A DNA stretch of 64,000 bases from Candidatus Cloacimonadales bacterium (GTDB lineage Bacteria > Cloacimonadota > Cloacimonadia > Cloacimonadales > JAIOQZ01): contig OY762463.1 in NCBI GenBank assembly GCA_963665815.1, forward strand, positions 2,240,001-2,304,000, written 5' to 3'. Positions 29,799 through 39,696 of this stretch are shown here, in pieces; positions within the stretch are counted from its first letter, which is position 1; each line of letters opens with the position of its first letter. A program made the translations under genes and the position numbers. The notes under the pieces are model-generated. The model was not told the origin of the DNA and ran no database searches. It saw nothing but the letters and a program-made list of their open reading frames with translations.

Positions 29799-30482
29799 AT
29801 GAAAATACCCCAAATTATTATAATAATTATACTGTTTTCTACAGGAGTTATACTGAGTGCAGAGAACTCAGTCTTTAGTGACAGTTTTCAGGATAACATT
29901 AAAAAGAGACTGCAGATATGCTTAGGATATTCAGGTCAATATAACAGCTCAATAGAGTATCATAGTCCGGTTTTAGCAAGAATTAAGTATGATTTAGAAA
30001 GCACTCCTTTCTCAATAGAGTCGAATGTCTTAAATCTCACATTCATAGACATGGGGCATAAAAGGCATTATTCACTCAATACCTGGTTGTATCCCGCAGC
30101 GCTTCTAACTGAGGGTGCAACAAGCATAATTGCGGATAGTCTGGCTGAAAAGCAAGTAAGAAAAAACTGGATTTATAAAACTATTACTGCACCCTTAGTA
30201 TTGGGTGCAATCGCAAATGCTGCAACAAATCTTGAAGTTCAGTATGCTCTGGATAAAAAGAGAAATTTCAGCATCTTCTGTGGAACAACCGGGGATTTAT
30301 ACAGGATTAACAAAGCTGAAAGATTCCGCTACACATTTACTACAGGTATATCCCTGTTCAGACCAATCAATCTTAAAATATTCTATACGAAGGATATCAA
30401 TAAGTTTATGGGTATTAAAGACAGAGAAATGATTGGAGTGTCTTTGATGTATATTGTCAGAACCGACAATATAAAAGAGTAG
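29799..30482 (+). CDS. Secreted/outer-membrane hypothetical protein
   Basis: AGGAG RBS, signal peptide, alternating beta-strand-like segments; no family recognised. Confidence 0.65.
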   Translation: MKIPQIIIIIILFSTGVILSAENSVFSDSFQDNIKKRLQICLGYSGQYNSSIEYHSPVLARIKYDLESTPFSIESNVLNLTFIDMGHKRHYSLNTWLYPAALLTEGATSIIADSLAEKQVRKNWIYKTITAPLVLGAIANAATNLEVQYALDKKRNFSIFCGTTGDLYRINKAERFRYTFTTGISLFRPINLKIFYTKDINKFMGIKDREMIGVSLMYIVRTDNIKE

Positions 30483-30491
30483 AATAGGTTT

Positions 30492-30520
30492 AAAAAAAGC
30501 TCAGTCCGAAAACTGAGCTC
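30492..30520. terminator. Terminator hairpin identical to those of the 857-aa and 839-aa paralogs
   Basis: AAAAAAAGCTCAGTCCGAAAACTGAGCT, also present at 34085 and 36833. Confidence 0.85.
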
Positions 30521-30543
30521 TATATTTTTGTATAAGTTGTATA

Positions 30544-30770
30544 TTACTTCAGTAAAACTGCTTTTCATATTTTTACATTATTTCCGGTTTAAGGTGATAA
30601 GGAAGGGTTTTGAAAGTTTATTGTCATATTGAAATCAACCTAAAGAATATTATAATTGTTGATATTGTGCATAATGGACATTGTTATACTAATTCCGGGT
30701 CAGCTGCAAAGGATTTTTCGGGTAGTGCTGCAGATGGTTGTTGGATGATAATTGTCCAGCTGTCTTTAAA
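30544..30770 (-). pseudogene. Decayed relic of a CTD-bearing surface-protein gene
   Basis: Minus strand reads TGNNVKI*KAVLLK* (paralogs end SGNTVETRKAVLLK*) just before the shared terminator; degenerate HYPKNP segment near 30710-30740. Confidence 0.55.
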
Positions 30771-30993
30771 TATACTAACAATAAACTTTACAATACTTTA
30801 CAGCTTCTTACATCATTTGCTAAGCAGGATATTAGGCATTTAAGTTTAATCGGCTTCAGGAATAGAAATGATTTGACAAATTGGACATACTTAAATAATA
30901 ATTGAACAAAAATTAAAAATATGCTTATGCATAGTTGTTTAAACAGCTTGATTTTGCTGTTATGTTAAGAAATCAAAAATAGTGAGGAGCTTT

Positions 30994-33933
30994 ATGAAAA
31001 AAAATTTGACTTTACTTTTTATTTTTATAATTGCAAGTACTATATTTGCTTCCATTGACTACAATATGGTGTATGATAGCGATGGAATGGGATATGATTC
31101 ATTAAACTGCAAATACAAGGTAAAACTTCAAGTGAAATCCAATGACGGTGATGTGCCGGTTGGTTTCTTTAACCTTCGTGTGCTTTACAATAACTCCTGT
31201 CTTACCTACAATATTAACGAATCTTACAGCCTTGGACCAATAGAAGACCATGAGTTCAATTCTATTGATGTCTATACTCTTGTCCCTGTTGAAATGTCAT
31301 CTGAGAAATGTGGGATCAACGGTGTATACAACGGTGGAGATAGTAGTCCTGTGATGTGTTATAATCTTGATAACACATGGACTGATTGTGCGGTCCTTGT
31401 TTTTGATGTTGTCGAGCCAGCCCAAAGTACAGATTTAAGGTGGGACTCCAATGGTGTGCAGAATCAGATAACATTATATGATTCATCTCCTGTCAGTAAT
31501 GGGACATTTAACGGAGATCATGATATTGTGATTACTCCTGGGTTACTTTCTATACCTGCGGATGACACCTTGATTTACTTCAGTGAAATATCTGACAACC
31601 TTTCCGACCAATCGCAATTAACAGCTTTCATTGAATTAAGTAATGTGACTCAAGATAATTTGAATCTTGCCGGAGTAAGTGTAGTAAATCTGACTTCAGG
31701 ATATACTGTAAACCTATCCGGAATTGTTCCTGCCAACGGTATTGTAATTATCTCAAATGGAGCGGATCAGGCAACTTTCGAAGCAGCCTGTAATGTAACA
31801 CTTGATATGAGTAGAACAGTATTCATACAAGGAGATACTTCAATCAGTATTGGTAATGGATATAATTACTCACTAAGAGTTCCGGATTCTCGTTTAGAAA
31901 TAGACAGAACCCATACTATATATAGCAATGAGCAAAAGCTTCACTTATCTCCTGAAATATGGAGCAGTAAATCAACTCCTGAGGATGCAAATCCCGGAGT
32001 CATGACTCAATCTTTTATTCTCCCTGTAGAATATGCTACTTTCTATCTTACAGAGACTATTGATCAGTATGTTAATGTTAATTGGACAGCAGAATCTGAA
32101 AACAACCTTCTTGGCTACAGATTATACCGAAGTATCAGTAACAGACTTACAGATGCAGTTCCATTAAACAATGGTCAGGTTATTGCAGCTACTAATAATT
32201 CACAAACTTGCAACTACCAATATACAGACTCTAATGCAGTAACAGGTGTGAAAAATTATTACTGGATTGAAATAGTCCAGGCTGACAACAACTCAGGTGG
32301 TTTTCTTGGGCCACAAAATATTAATGTTTCAGAATATTCTGTTGATTCCATTGATTACAATATAGTATATGATACAGATGGTATGGGATATGACGATGCA
32401 AATGATAAATACAGAATAAAACTTCAGATCAAATATAACAATGGCGTTGCTCCAATTGGTTTCTTTAACCTTCGTATACTCTATAATGATGCATGTCTAG
32501 CGTACAACAATGCTGAATCTTACAGCCTTGGTCCAATTGAGGACTTTGAATTCTTCGGAATGGATATATACAACCTTGAACCAATTGAAATGTCTTCCAT
32601 CAAATGCGGTATCAATGGTGTATACGCTGGAATAATCGATTACCCAATGTTCTGCTATAATCTTGATAACACATGGACAGACTGTGCAGTTATGGTATTT
32701 GACGTAGTAGATTTTACTCAAGGCACTAACATAAGGTGGGACATGAACGATGCTCAAAATCAGGTGACATTATATGATGCATCACCACTTCCTAACGGCA
32801 TATTCACAGGTGACCATAATATAGCACTCAATGCTGGGACACCTGTTGCCTATTATATGCTTTTTTTCAGTGAAATTTCAGACAATCTTTCAGGTCAATT
32901 AGAAACAACAGCATTCATAGAACTAATAAATATAACTCATTATGACTTAGATCTTACAGGAGTAACCGTAGTAAATGTTATGACATCATATACAGAAACC
33001 CTTTCCGGTATAATTCCTCCTTACGGTTCAGTTGTTATTTCCAATGGAGCAGATCAGGCATCTTTCGAAAATGCGTGGGGAATATCATTTGATACGGCTT
33101 ACTCAGTTTTTATTCAAGGTAGCCCACAATTAGAAATTGGTAATGGATATGCCTACTCTCTCAACATTCCTGATTCTCGTGAAGTAATAGATACAACACC
33201 AGTTATATATAACAATGAACGTCATTATCAGCGGGGTCCTTCAATATGGGTTCCGCCAACAACTCCAGATACAGCTGACCCTGGTAATGACAGTCCCGGA
33301 CAAACACTTCCTGTAGAGTTTTCATCATTTACATTGTCAAAGACTAATAATGATTTTGTCAGTATAACATGGTCAACAAAATCAGAAACAGACCTTATCG
33401 GTTTCAGATTGCTGCGTAGCGATAATGATGAAATTTCATCAGCTATTCCACTAAACAATGCTCAGCTTATTGCAGCCACAAACACTTCAGGAACAACAGA
33501 CTACAGTTATGTAGACGATGAAGTTGCTTTAGAAACAACTTATTACTACTGGATTGAAATAGTTCAAGCTGATAATAACTCAGGTGGATTCCACGGACCG
33601 CAAGCTATTACCATCGAGAAAGATGCTGTTGACTTCTGCGACGCAACAGTTCTTAAAGGTAACTATCCTAATCCGTTCAACCCCGAAACAACTATCAGTT
33701 TTTCACTCAAAGGGTACTCAGATGAGCAAGTTGACGTTTCTCTTGAAGTATATAACATCAAGGGACAAAAGGTTAAAACATTACTGAACGGAAAAATTAA
33801 TCCTATGAGTCAGCATGATGTAAAATGGAATGGTAAAGATTCAAATGGTAATTCTTTAAGCTCTGGTGTGTATTTCTATAAACTAGTGACTCCGGATTAC
33901 ACCAAAACAGCTAAAATGCTCTTAATGAAATAA
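30994..33933 (+). CDS. Secreted protein with two tandem [cohesin-like, lamin-tail-like, LPVE Ig-like] modules and C-terminal sorting domain
   Basis: Module starts SIDYN at 31051 and 32347 (1296-nt period); each module is closely similar to 10787-12430; CTD NYPNPFNP...SGVYFYKLVTPDYTKTAKMLLMK. Confidence 0.8.
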   Translation: MKKNLTLLFIFIIASTIFASIDYNMVYDSDGMGYDSLNCKYKVKLQVKSNDGDVPVGFFNLRVLYNNSCLTYNINESYSLGPIEDHEFNSIDVYTLVPVEMSSEKCGINGVYNGGDSSPVMCYNLDNTWTDCAVLVFDVVEPAQSTDLRWDSNGVQNQITLYDSSPVSNGTFNGDHDIVITPGLLSIPADDTLIYFSEISDNLSDQSQLTAFIELSNVTQDNLNLAGVSVVNLTSGYTVNLSGIVPANGIVIISNGADQATFEAACNVTLDMSRTVFIQGDTSISIGNGYNYSLRVPDSRLEIDRTHTIYSNEQKLHLSPEIWSSKSTPEDANPGVMTQSFILPVEYATFYLTETIDQYVNVNWTAESENNLLGYRLYRSISNRLTDAVPLNNGQVIAATNNSQTCNYQYTDSNAVTGVKNYYWIEIVQADNNSGGFLGPQNINVSEYSVDSIDYNIVYDTDGMGYDDANDKYRIKLQIKYNNGVAPIGFFNLRILYNDACLAYNNAESYSLGPIEDFEFFGMDIYNLEPIEMSSIKCGINGVYAGIIDYPMFCYNLDNTWTDCAVMVFDVVDFTQGTNIRWDMNDAQNQVTLYDASPLPNGIFTGDHNIALNAGTPVAYYMLFFSEISDNLSGQLETTAFIELINITHYDLDLTGVTVVNVMTSYTETLSGIIPPYGSVVISNGADQASFENAWGISFDTAYSVFIQGSPQLEIGNGYAYSLNIPDSREVIDTTPVIYNNERHYQRGPSIWVPPTTPDTADPGNDSPGQTLPVEFSSFTLSKTNNDFVSITWSTKSETDLIGFRLLRSDNDEISSAIPLNNAQLIAATNTSGTTDYSYVDDEVALETTYYYWIEIVQADNNSGGFHGPQAITIEKDAVDFCDATVLKGNYPNPFNPETTISFSLKGYSDEQVDVSLEVYNIKGQKVKTLLNGKINPMSQHDVKWNGKDSNGNSLSSGVYFYKLVTPDYTKTAKMLLMK

Positions 33934-33955
33934 GAGACTGAGAATATATAATATT

Positions 33956-33984
33956 AAACGGACTGTTGCAAGCAGTCCGTTTTT
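33956..33984 (+). terminator. Rho-independent terminator
   Basis: AAACGGACTG-TTGCAAG-CAGTCCGTTT plus T tract. Confidence 0.85.
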
Positions 33985-34084
33985 GCTTTTTAAGATGCAG
34001 TTATGACTTTTCAATATCAGTTCTCTAAAGGCTTGCTTGATTTAGGTTGTATTCTTTATTAATAAATTGAGATGTCCTCTAAAT

Positions 34085-34130
34085 AAAAAAGCTCAGTCCG
34101 AAAACTGAGCTTTAAACTATAGTAACTTTT
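34085..34130 (-). terminator. Terminator/3' UTR repeat of the 857-aa gene
   Basis: AAAAAAGCTCAGTCCGAAAACTGAGCTTTAAACTATAGTAACTTTT, identical to 36833-36880. Confidence 0.85.
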
Positions 34131-34133
34131 TTA

Positions 34134-36707
34134 TTATTTCAATAAGACAGCTTTTCTTGTTTCAACTGTATTACCTGATTCTATTCTGATGAAATAAACC
34201 CCTGAAGAAACATTGCCTGAATTGCTATCTTTTCCATCCCAGACAACTTCTTCAATCTTATTAGCTTCTTTGAATCCTTCATTAAATGTTCTGATAAGCT
34301 GTCCTTTAATGTTGTATACGGAAATCATAACATCACCATCTTCATAGATGCTGTATTCAATAGTTGTGCGTGGATTGAACGGATTAGGGTATATTCTATG
34401 AATACCGGATGCGATTGTTACATCAGGTGTATCATCATCTTTATCACGTTTAATTGTGATACTTACAGGTCCGAAATACTTGCTGTTACTGTTGAAGTCC
34501 AGTGATTCCAACCAGTAAAAGTACTCTGTTTCATACTCAATGTCTTCATCAGTAAAACTGTAAGTATGTTCTGTAGATGTATTAGTTCCTGCAATCATGT
34601 TTCCATTGACATTTACAGCATCAGCAACATCTTTTAAATTACTTCTGAGAACATTAAAACCGAGGTTATTGTTTTCGGATTGAGTTACCCAATTTAGCTG
34701 AGCAAAATCTGAGATGGTCTGAACAGCATTGAAAGAAGCAAGCTCAACAGGCAGGGTTGTGTCACCACCACCGTTAACAACAAATTCTTCGGTTCCTCTT
34801 GCAGAGGATGTCCATGTAAATGTAACCTGCCCGGGAGTTGAGAAGTCTGCACCGGATGAAACACTTACATCACTCCAGTCAGATCCGTTCCAATAAACAA
34901 GTTCATTAGGCGAAAGAGTATTACTGAAGTAGAAGGTTGTTGTTGTTTGAATCCCTGTTGGATAGAATGCACTGAAAGATGCCGCACAGTTTTCCGGTTG
35001 TGGAAGAGGATTTGAAGGTTGATCACTAACCTGTACAGGTATGATTGGTATAAGTGGCACAGATGCAAAGACAAAGTTTAGTGTTGGCTGGATATCACCC
35101 TGTCCTAAGTCAATAGCAGGCATGACCAAAGTAGGAGGGTTTGTTACGTTTACATTTTCGAGTTGGTTATATACGACCTCAGTCGGTTCCTGAGGGGAAT
35201 TTTCTCCGGGATCATCCATAACAGTGAAGGATGATGTAATTGGGTATTGATTATCCCCATAACCATTATAGGCAACAACTGACCATTCAACTGTTCTTCC
35301 ATACTCACTAATTGGCAAAATCTGACTATATAGTTTATCTGTTGTGTACGGCACATTAGCAATCATGTTTTCGTCACAATAAACCTTGAATCCTGTAGGG
35401 AGGTTACCACCTGCATACTTCCAGTTTACAGTAACCTGTCTCGGCATATCAGTAGACATATGCACAGGAAATACATTAAGAGTTGCAGAAGGAATTGCAA
35501 TACTATTATATATATGAACAGTACTGGAGTTTGGGATACTATTGTATTCATTTGCGGATGCAATAAAAACATCATTGTCTGAGACAGCAACTGATTTACC
35601 AAAGTGTTCTCCTCCGGAAGGAGTTGTAAGCTTAATCTTCTGTGTTTGATTCCAGTGAATAGTGTTATCGCGAGTAAATACATACGCAGCACCGGAGGCA
35701 GAAGATGATTCGATGTCAGCAAATCTTGCACCGATAACAGCAGTATCTCCATTAAGGGCAACGTATTCTCCAAAGCAGTCTCCGGCAGCATTATCTGTTG
35801 GACAGATACTTGGGGTCAACATCCACCTGCCAAAATTGTCAAAGTAGTAATAAATAAATGCTTCACCGGATGTTGAACCATTAATATTTCCACCCGGTGC
35901 TCCAATAAGAACTTGATCATCATAAACTGCTACCGAAGCACCAAAATCTCTTGTGTTATCATGATTTAAAGGTCTTGCTATTTCTAAAAAACTAAGTGAG
36001 TTCAAACTGTAAAATCTGAATAAAGACACAGATCCATATACACTATCATTACCAAGTGTATATACTTCATCAGGATCACCCACTGCAATTAATGTACTGT
36101 CGATATCTACTGAAGTACCAAACGACATAGAGTTAGGAGAATTATATGCTTCCAGTTTCACTATTTGAGACCATGTATTTATGTTGCGCTTAAAAACATA
36201 GGCTGCTCCAGTACCACATCCTTTTGCACCTATAACTGCATAATTTCCATCAATCGCAACGTCACAACCAAAATAGTCTCCTGCACTTCCGTCCGATGCT
36301 GTAAACTTATAAATCTGTGTCCATGTCATATCACTGACTTTTTTAAAGAGATAAGCTGCTCCTGCACTATCACCGTTATCATTATCTCCTTGAGCTCCGA
36401 TTATTGCAAAATCTCCTGAAATATCGACAGAACGACCAAAGAAGTTTTGTTCAGCCGGATCAGAAGGAGTAAGCCTGGCCTGTTGAACCCACAATGAACC
36501 TGCATTTACAAATATATAGGCAGCCCCGTTGTTGATGCCTGAATCATTCTCATCAGCACCAATAATGGCATTATTCTCATCTATTGCAACACTATATCCA
36601 AATTCATCTCCTGAAAAATCTGAAGAATAAATATCTTGAGTTGGAAGCCAGTCACAATGAAGGAGGAGGTTGATTAGAACAAATGAAATAAAGAATAGTC
36701 TTCTCAT
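34134..36707 (-). CDS. Secreted protein: N-terminal FG-GAP beta-propeller, conserved stalk, C-terminal sorting domain
   Basis: Repeats FGxSVxI.G..A.IGA...GAAY.F; stalk PRQVTVNW...; LPVELASF; IYPNPFNPRTTIEYS...RKAVLLK. Confidence 0.88.
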   Translation of the reverse strand: MRRLFFISFVLINLLLHCDWLPTQDIYSSDFSGDEFGYSVAIDENNAIIGADENDSGINNGAAYIFVNAGSLWVQQARLTPSDPAEQNFFGRSVDISGDFAIIGAQGDNDNGDSAGAAYLFKKVSDMTWTQIYKFTASDGSAGDYFGCDVAIDGNYAVIGAKGCGTGAAYVFKRNINTWSQIVKLEAYNSPNSMSFGTSVDIDSTLIAVGDPDEVYTLGNDSVYGSVSLFRFYSLNSLSFLEIARPLNHDNTRDFGASVAVYDDQVLIGAPGGNINGSTSGEAFIYYYFDNFGRWMLTPSICPTDNAAGDCFGEYVALNGDTAVIGARFADIESSSASGAAYVFTRDNTIHWNQTQKIKLTTPSGGEHFGKSVAVSDNDVFIASANEYNSIPNSSTVHIYNSIAIPSATLNVFPVHMSTDMPRQVTVNWKYAGGNLPTGFKVYCDENMIANVPYTTDKLYSQILPISEYGRTVEWSVVAYNGYGDNQYPITSSFTVMDDPGENSPQEPTEVVYNQLENVNVTNPPTLVMPAIDLGQGDIQPTLNFVFASVPLIPIIPVQVSDQPSNPLPQPENCAASFSAFYPTGIQTTTTFYFSNTLSPNELVYWNGSDWSDVSVSSGADFSTPGQVTFTWTSSARGTEEFVVNGGGDTTLPVELASFNAVQTISDFAQLNWVTQSENNNLGFNVLRSNLKDVADAVNVNGNMIAGTNTSTEHTYSFTDEDIEYETEYFYWLESLDFNSNSKYFGPVSITIKRDKDDDTPDVTIASGIHRIYPNPFNPRTTIEYSIYEDGDVMISVYNIKGQLIRTFNEGFKEANKIEEVVWDGKDSNSGNVSSGVYFIRIESGNTVETRKAVLLK

Positions 36708-36832
36708 ATTATCTCCAAAGGATTTTTATTTTACACTAAACAATGAATTTAGGTTCAGGTTGTCAACTAAATATTATTTTGACAGGAAAACTTGTTATGA
36801 AAAAAATGTAAAAAATATTTGTTTTTATACAC

Positions 36833-36880
36833 AAAAAAAGCTCAGTCCGAAAACTGAGCTTTAAACTATAGTAACTTTTT
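36833..36880 (-). terminator. Terminator/3' UTR repeat of the 839-aa gene
   Basis: Same hairpin and flank as 34085-34130. Confidence 0.85.
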
Positions 36881-36882
36881 CA

Positions 36883-39402
36883 TTATTTCAATAAGACAGC
36901 TTTTCTTGTTTCAACTGTATTACCTGATTCTATTCTGATGAAATAAACCCCTGAAGAAACATTGCCTGAATTGTTATCTTTTCCATCCCATACAACTTCT
37001 TCAATTTTGTTCGCTTCTTTGAATCCTTCATTAAATGTTCTGATAAGCTGTCCTTTAATGTTGTATACAGAGATCATAACATCACCGTCTTCATAGATGC
37101 TGTACTCAATTGTTGTGCGAGGATTGAACGGATTAGGGTATATTTTGTGGATTCCTGCACCAATCTGTACGTCAGGTGTATCATCATCCTTGTCACGCTC
37201 AATTGTGATTCTTACAGGTCCGAAATACTTGCTGTTACTGTTGAAGTCCAGTGATTCCAGCCAGTAGAAGTATTCTGTTTCATACTCAATGTCTTCATCA
37301 GTAAAACTGTAAGTATGTTCTGCAGATGTGTTTGTTCCGGCAATAATGTCATAATTTACCTTTACAGCTTCAGCAACATCTTTGTAGTTACTTCTGAGAA
37401 TATTAAAACCAAGGTTGTTGTTTTCGGATTGAGTTACCCAGTTGAGTTGTGCAAAATCTGAGCTTGTCTGAACAGCATTGAAAGAAGAAAGCTCAACAGG
37501 CAGGGTTGAATCTCCTCCACCGTTAACTGCAAACTCTTCATCAGCTCTGCTTGATGATGTCCATGTGAAAGTTACCTGTCCCGGAGTAGAAAAGTCTGCC
37601 CCGGAAGTAACAGTAACATCATCCCAATCAGCACCGTTCCAGTGTACAAGTTCATTTGGGGAAGTAGTGTTACTGAAATAGAAGACGATTGTAGTCTGGT
37701 TGTTCACTGGGAAGAATGCACTCAAAGCAGCAGCACAGTTTTGTGGCTGAGGAAGAGGGTTTGAAGGTTGGTCCATCACTTGTACGGAAAGAGTTGGAAT
37801 TGTTGGAGCATTATCATAATTGAAATTCAGAGTAGGCTGAATATCTCCCTGTCCAAGATTAATTGGCGGCATTGTAATGGTAGGTGGATTAGTCACTGTG
37901 ACATTTTCCAGCTCGTTGTAAACAACTTCATCAGGTTCTTCTGCTTCACCCGTACCGGGATCATTCATTATATAGAATGTCCATGTTACAGGACCCGAAC
38001 ATTCGCCAGCCACGTTGTATGGCACAACTTTCCAGATTACGGTAGAGCCGTAAGCAGCAATATCAAGATCTTTATAGTAAAGTTTATCGGTTGTATAAAG
38101 TATGTTTGATCCTATTTGAGAACCATTCTGGTAAACTTTGAAACCTGTTGGAGTTCCGGATCCACTATACCGCCAGTTAACTGTAACACTTCTGGGCATA
38201 TCAATGCTGTTGTTGGCTGGGAAAACATTGGTTGCAGCATCGGGAAGAGTTGTGAAGGAATTGTTTGCACCATACGTTGTACCTTCGGAATTAACTGCTT
38301 TCACTCTAAAGTTATACTCTGTAGCATCATCCAGACCTGTAATACTTTTAGATACGGGAGTGTTCGTTCCTCCCGTCAAAGGACTTTGATCTGCAGTTAC
38401 AGTTGAACCATAGGCAACAGTTTCACCATATTCAAATGTAATTGTCGTTTCTGCTCCATTATCGTTAACTGTACCGTTGAGTATTGCTGAGGAAGATGTA
38501 ACACTTCCTGCTGCATTTGATACAGCAGTTGGTGCTGATGCTGATGAACCAAAGGTTTGCCCTATCTCAATATCAAATCCATCATACGACTTGAATGTGC
38601 TGAGACCAGAGCCATCAAGATTACATTTTGCAATTCTTGATTGTGTGTTGTCCTCTTCAATATAATAAAGCTTTTCATTAACAGTATCAATGGCTATTCC
38701 AAATATCTGACCTGTTACTGCATCACTTAGAGCTGCAACAAAAGCATCATTACTTCCGTCAATATCACACTTTCTTAAATTCCATGTCCCTTCGGAAAGT
38801 GCATAATATATCTTCCCATTGTAATATGCAAGAGCCTGGGCACTAACACTTTTCACTGTTGATACATTTGTTCCGTCCGGATCACAGCTTTTAATGGCTC
38901 CACTTCCGGAAACGTTGTCAGCAAAGTACAACTTATTATTATCACCATCATATACAACTGCATCAATTTTCCCTGTAGATGGATTTCCAGGAAGTAACAG
39001 CTGAGTATCTCCTGTTCCATCAACATTACACGATCTCAAATCCCAATCACCGGAATTTTTTGCGTAGAATAATTTCCCATCACCATATGCGATAGGTTTA
39101 GCTTTTTGAGCAATTACTGTTCCTGCTCCTGTACCATTAGTATTGATTTTTCTGATATAACTCGTCCCGGTATTGCTTTGATGAGTGAAATAGACAACAT
39201 TGTTTGTTACATCCACGGCTATTCCCGGAATATAATCATTAATATCCGGTAAAGCGTAAAATTCTGATTCTGAAGATCCATCTAAATTGCTTTTCTGCAA
39301 ATTAGAGGAACTGTCCTCGTTTAAAGAAAAGAAAACTGAATTTTGTGCCGAAAGAGACACTAACAAAAACAATAAAATCGATAAAAACACCATTTTCTTC
39401 AT
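36883..39402 (-). CDS. Secreted protein: N-terminal YWTD/DUF5050-like beta-propeller, FN3-like domain, conserved stalk, C-terminal sorting domain
   Basis: Repeats GIA.D..N.K.Y....I.(K/S)C(N/D).DG(S/T); SAILNGTVN.NG..T...FEYG; C-terminal ~450 aa paralogous to 34134-36707. Confidence 0.88.
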   Translation of the reverse strand: MKKMVFLSILLFLLVSLSAQNSVFFSLNEDSSSNLQKSNLDGSSESEFYALPDINDYIPGIAVDVTNNVVYFTHQSNTGTSYIRKINTNGTGAGTVIAQKAKPIAYGDGKLFYAKNSGDWDLRSCNVDGTGDTQLLLPGNPSTGKIDAVVYDGDNNKLYFADNVSGSGAIKSCDPDGTNVSTVKSVSAQALAYYNGKIYYALSEGTWNLRKCDIDGSNDAFVAALSDAVTGQIFGIAIDTVNEKLYYIEEDNTQSRIAKCNLDGSGLSTFKSYDGFDIEIGQTFGSSASAPTAVSNAAGSVTSSSAILNGTVNDNGAETTITFEYGETVAYGSTVTADQSPLTGGTNTPVSKSITGLDDATEYNFRVKAVNSEGTTYGANNSFTTLPDAATNVFPANNSIDMPRSVTVNWRYSGSGTPTGFKVYQNGSQIGSNILYTTDKLYYKDLDIAAYGSTVIWKVVPYNVAGECSGPVTWTFYIMNDPGTGEAEEPDEVVYNELENVTVTNPPTITMPPINLGQGDIQPTLNFNYDNAPTIPTLSVQVMDQPSNPLPQPQNCAAALSAFFPVNNQTTIVFYFSNTTSPNELVHWNGADWDDVTVTSGADFSTPGQVTFTWTSSSRADEEFAVNGGGDSTLPVELSSFNAVQTSSDFAQLNWVTQSENNNLGFNILRSNYKDVAEAVKVNYDIIAGTNTSAEHTYSFTDEDIEYETEYFYWLESLDFNSNSKYFGPVRITIERDKDDDTPDVQIGAGIHKIYPNPFNPRTTIEYSIYEDGDVMISVYNIKGQLIRTFNEGFKEANKIEEVVWDGKDNNSGNVSSGVYFIRIESGNTVETRKAVLLK

Positions 39403-39696
39403 AGTTCCTCCAAGTAAGTGTTACTTAATTTATATATGTATATAATTAAAAAATAATATAATAGATAGAGGGGGATTCTGGCAATATAAAAATATTATTA
39501 ATCGCTGAAATGATATCTATTATAGATAATATAATTTGATTACCCAATTAACTTATTGACATTTTTTCTGAACTTTGTTAGTATGAAGAGCTAAGATATT
39601 AGTTCACAGGAAAATAATATTCATTTAACATTCCTGTATAATACTTGTGCAAAGATGATTTATACTGCTAATAAACATAACAGGAGAATAGATAAT

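Noticed and set aside
30610-30843. 77-aa ORF on the + strand
   Set aside because: No RBS or motif; the region is better explained as a decayed minus-strand CTD relic.
34134-39402. Diversity-generating retroelement (TR/VR pair) in the duplicated 3' regions
   Set aside because: Both copies are coding, the differences look mostly synonymous and are not confined to adenines, and there is no reverse transcriptase in the window.
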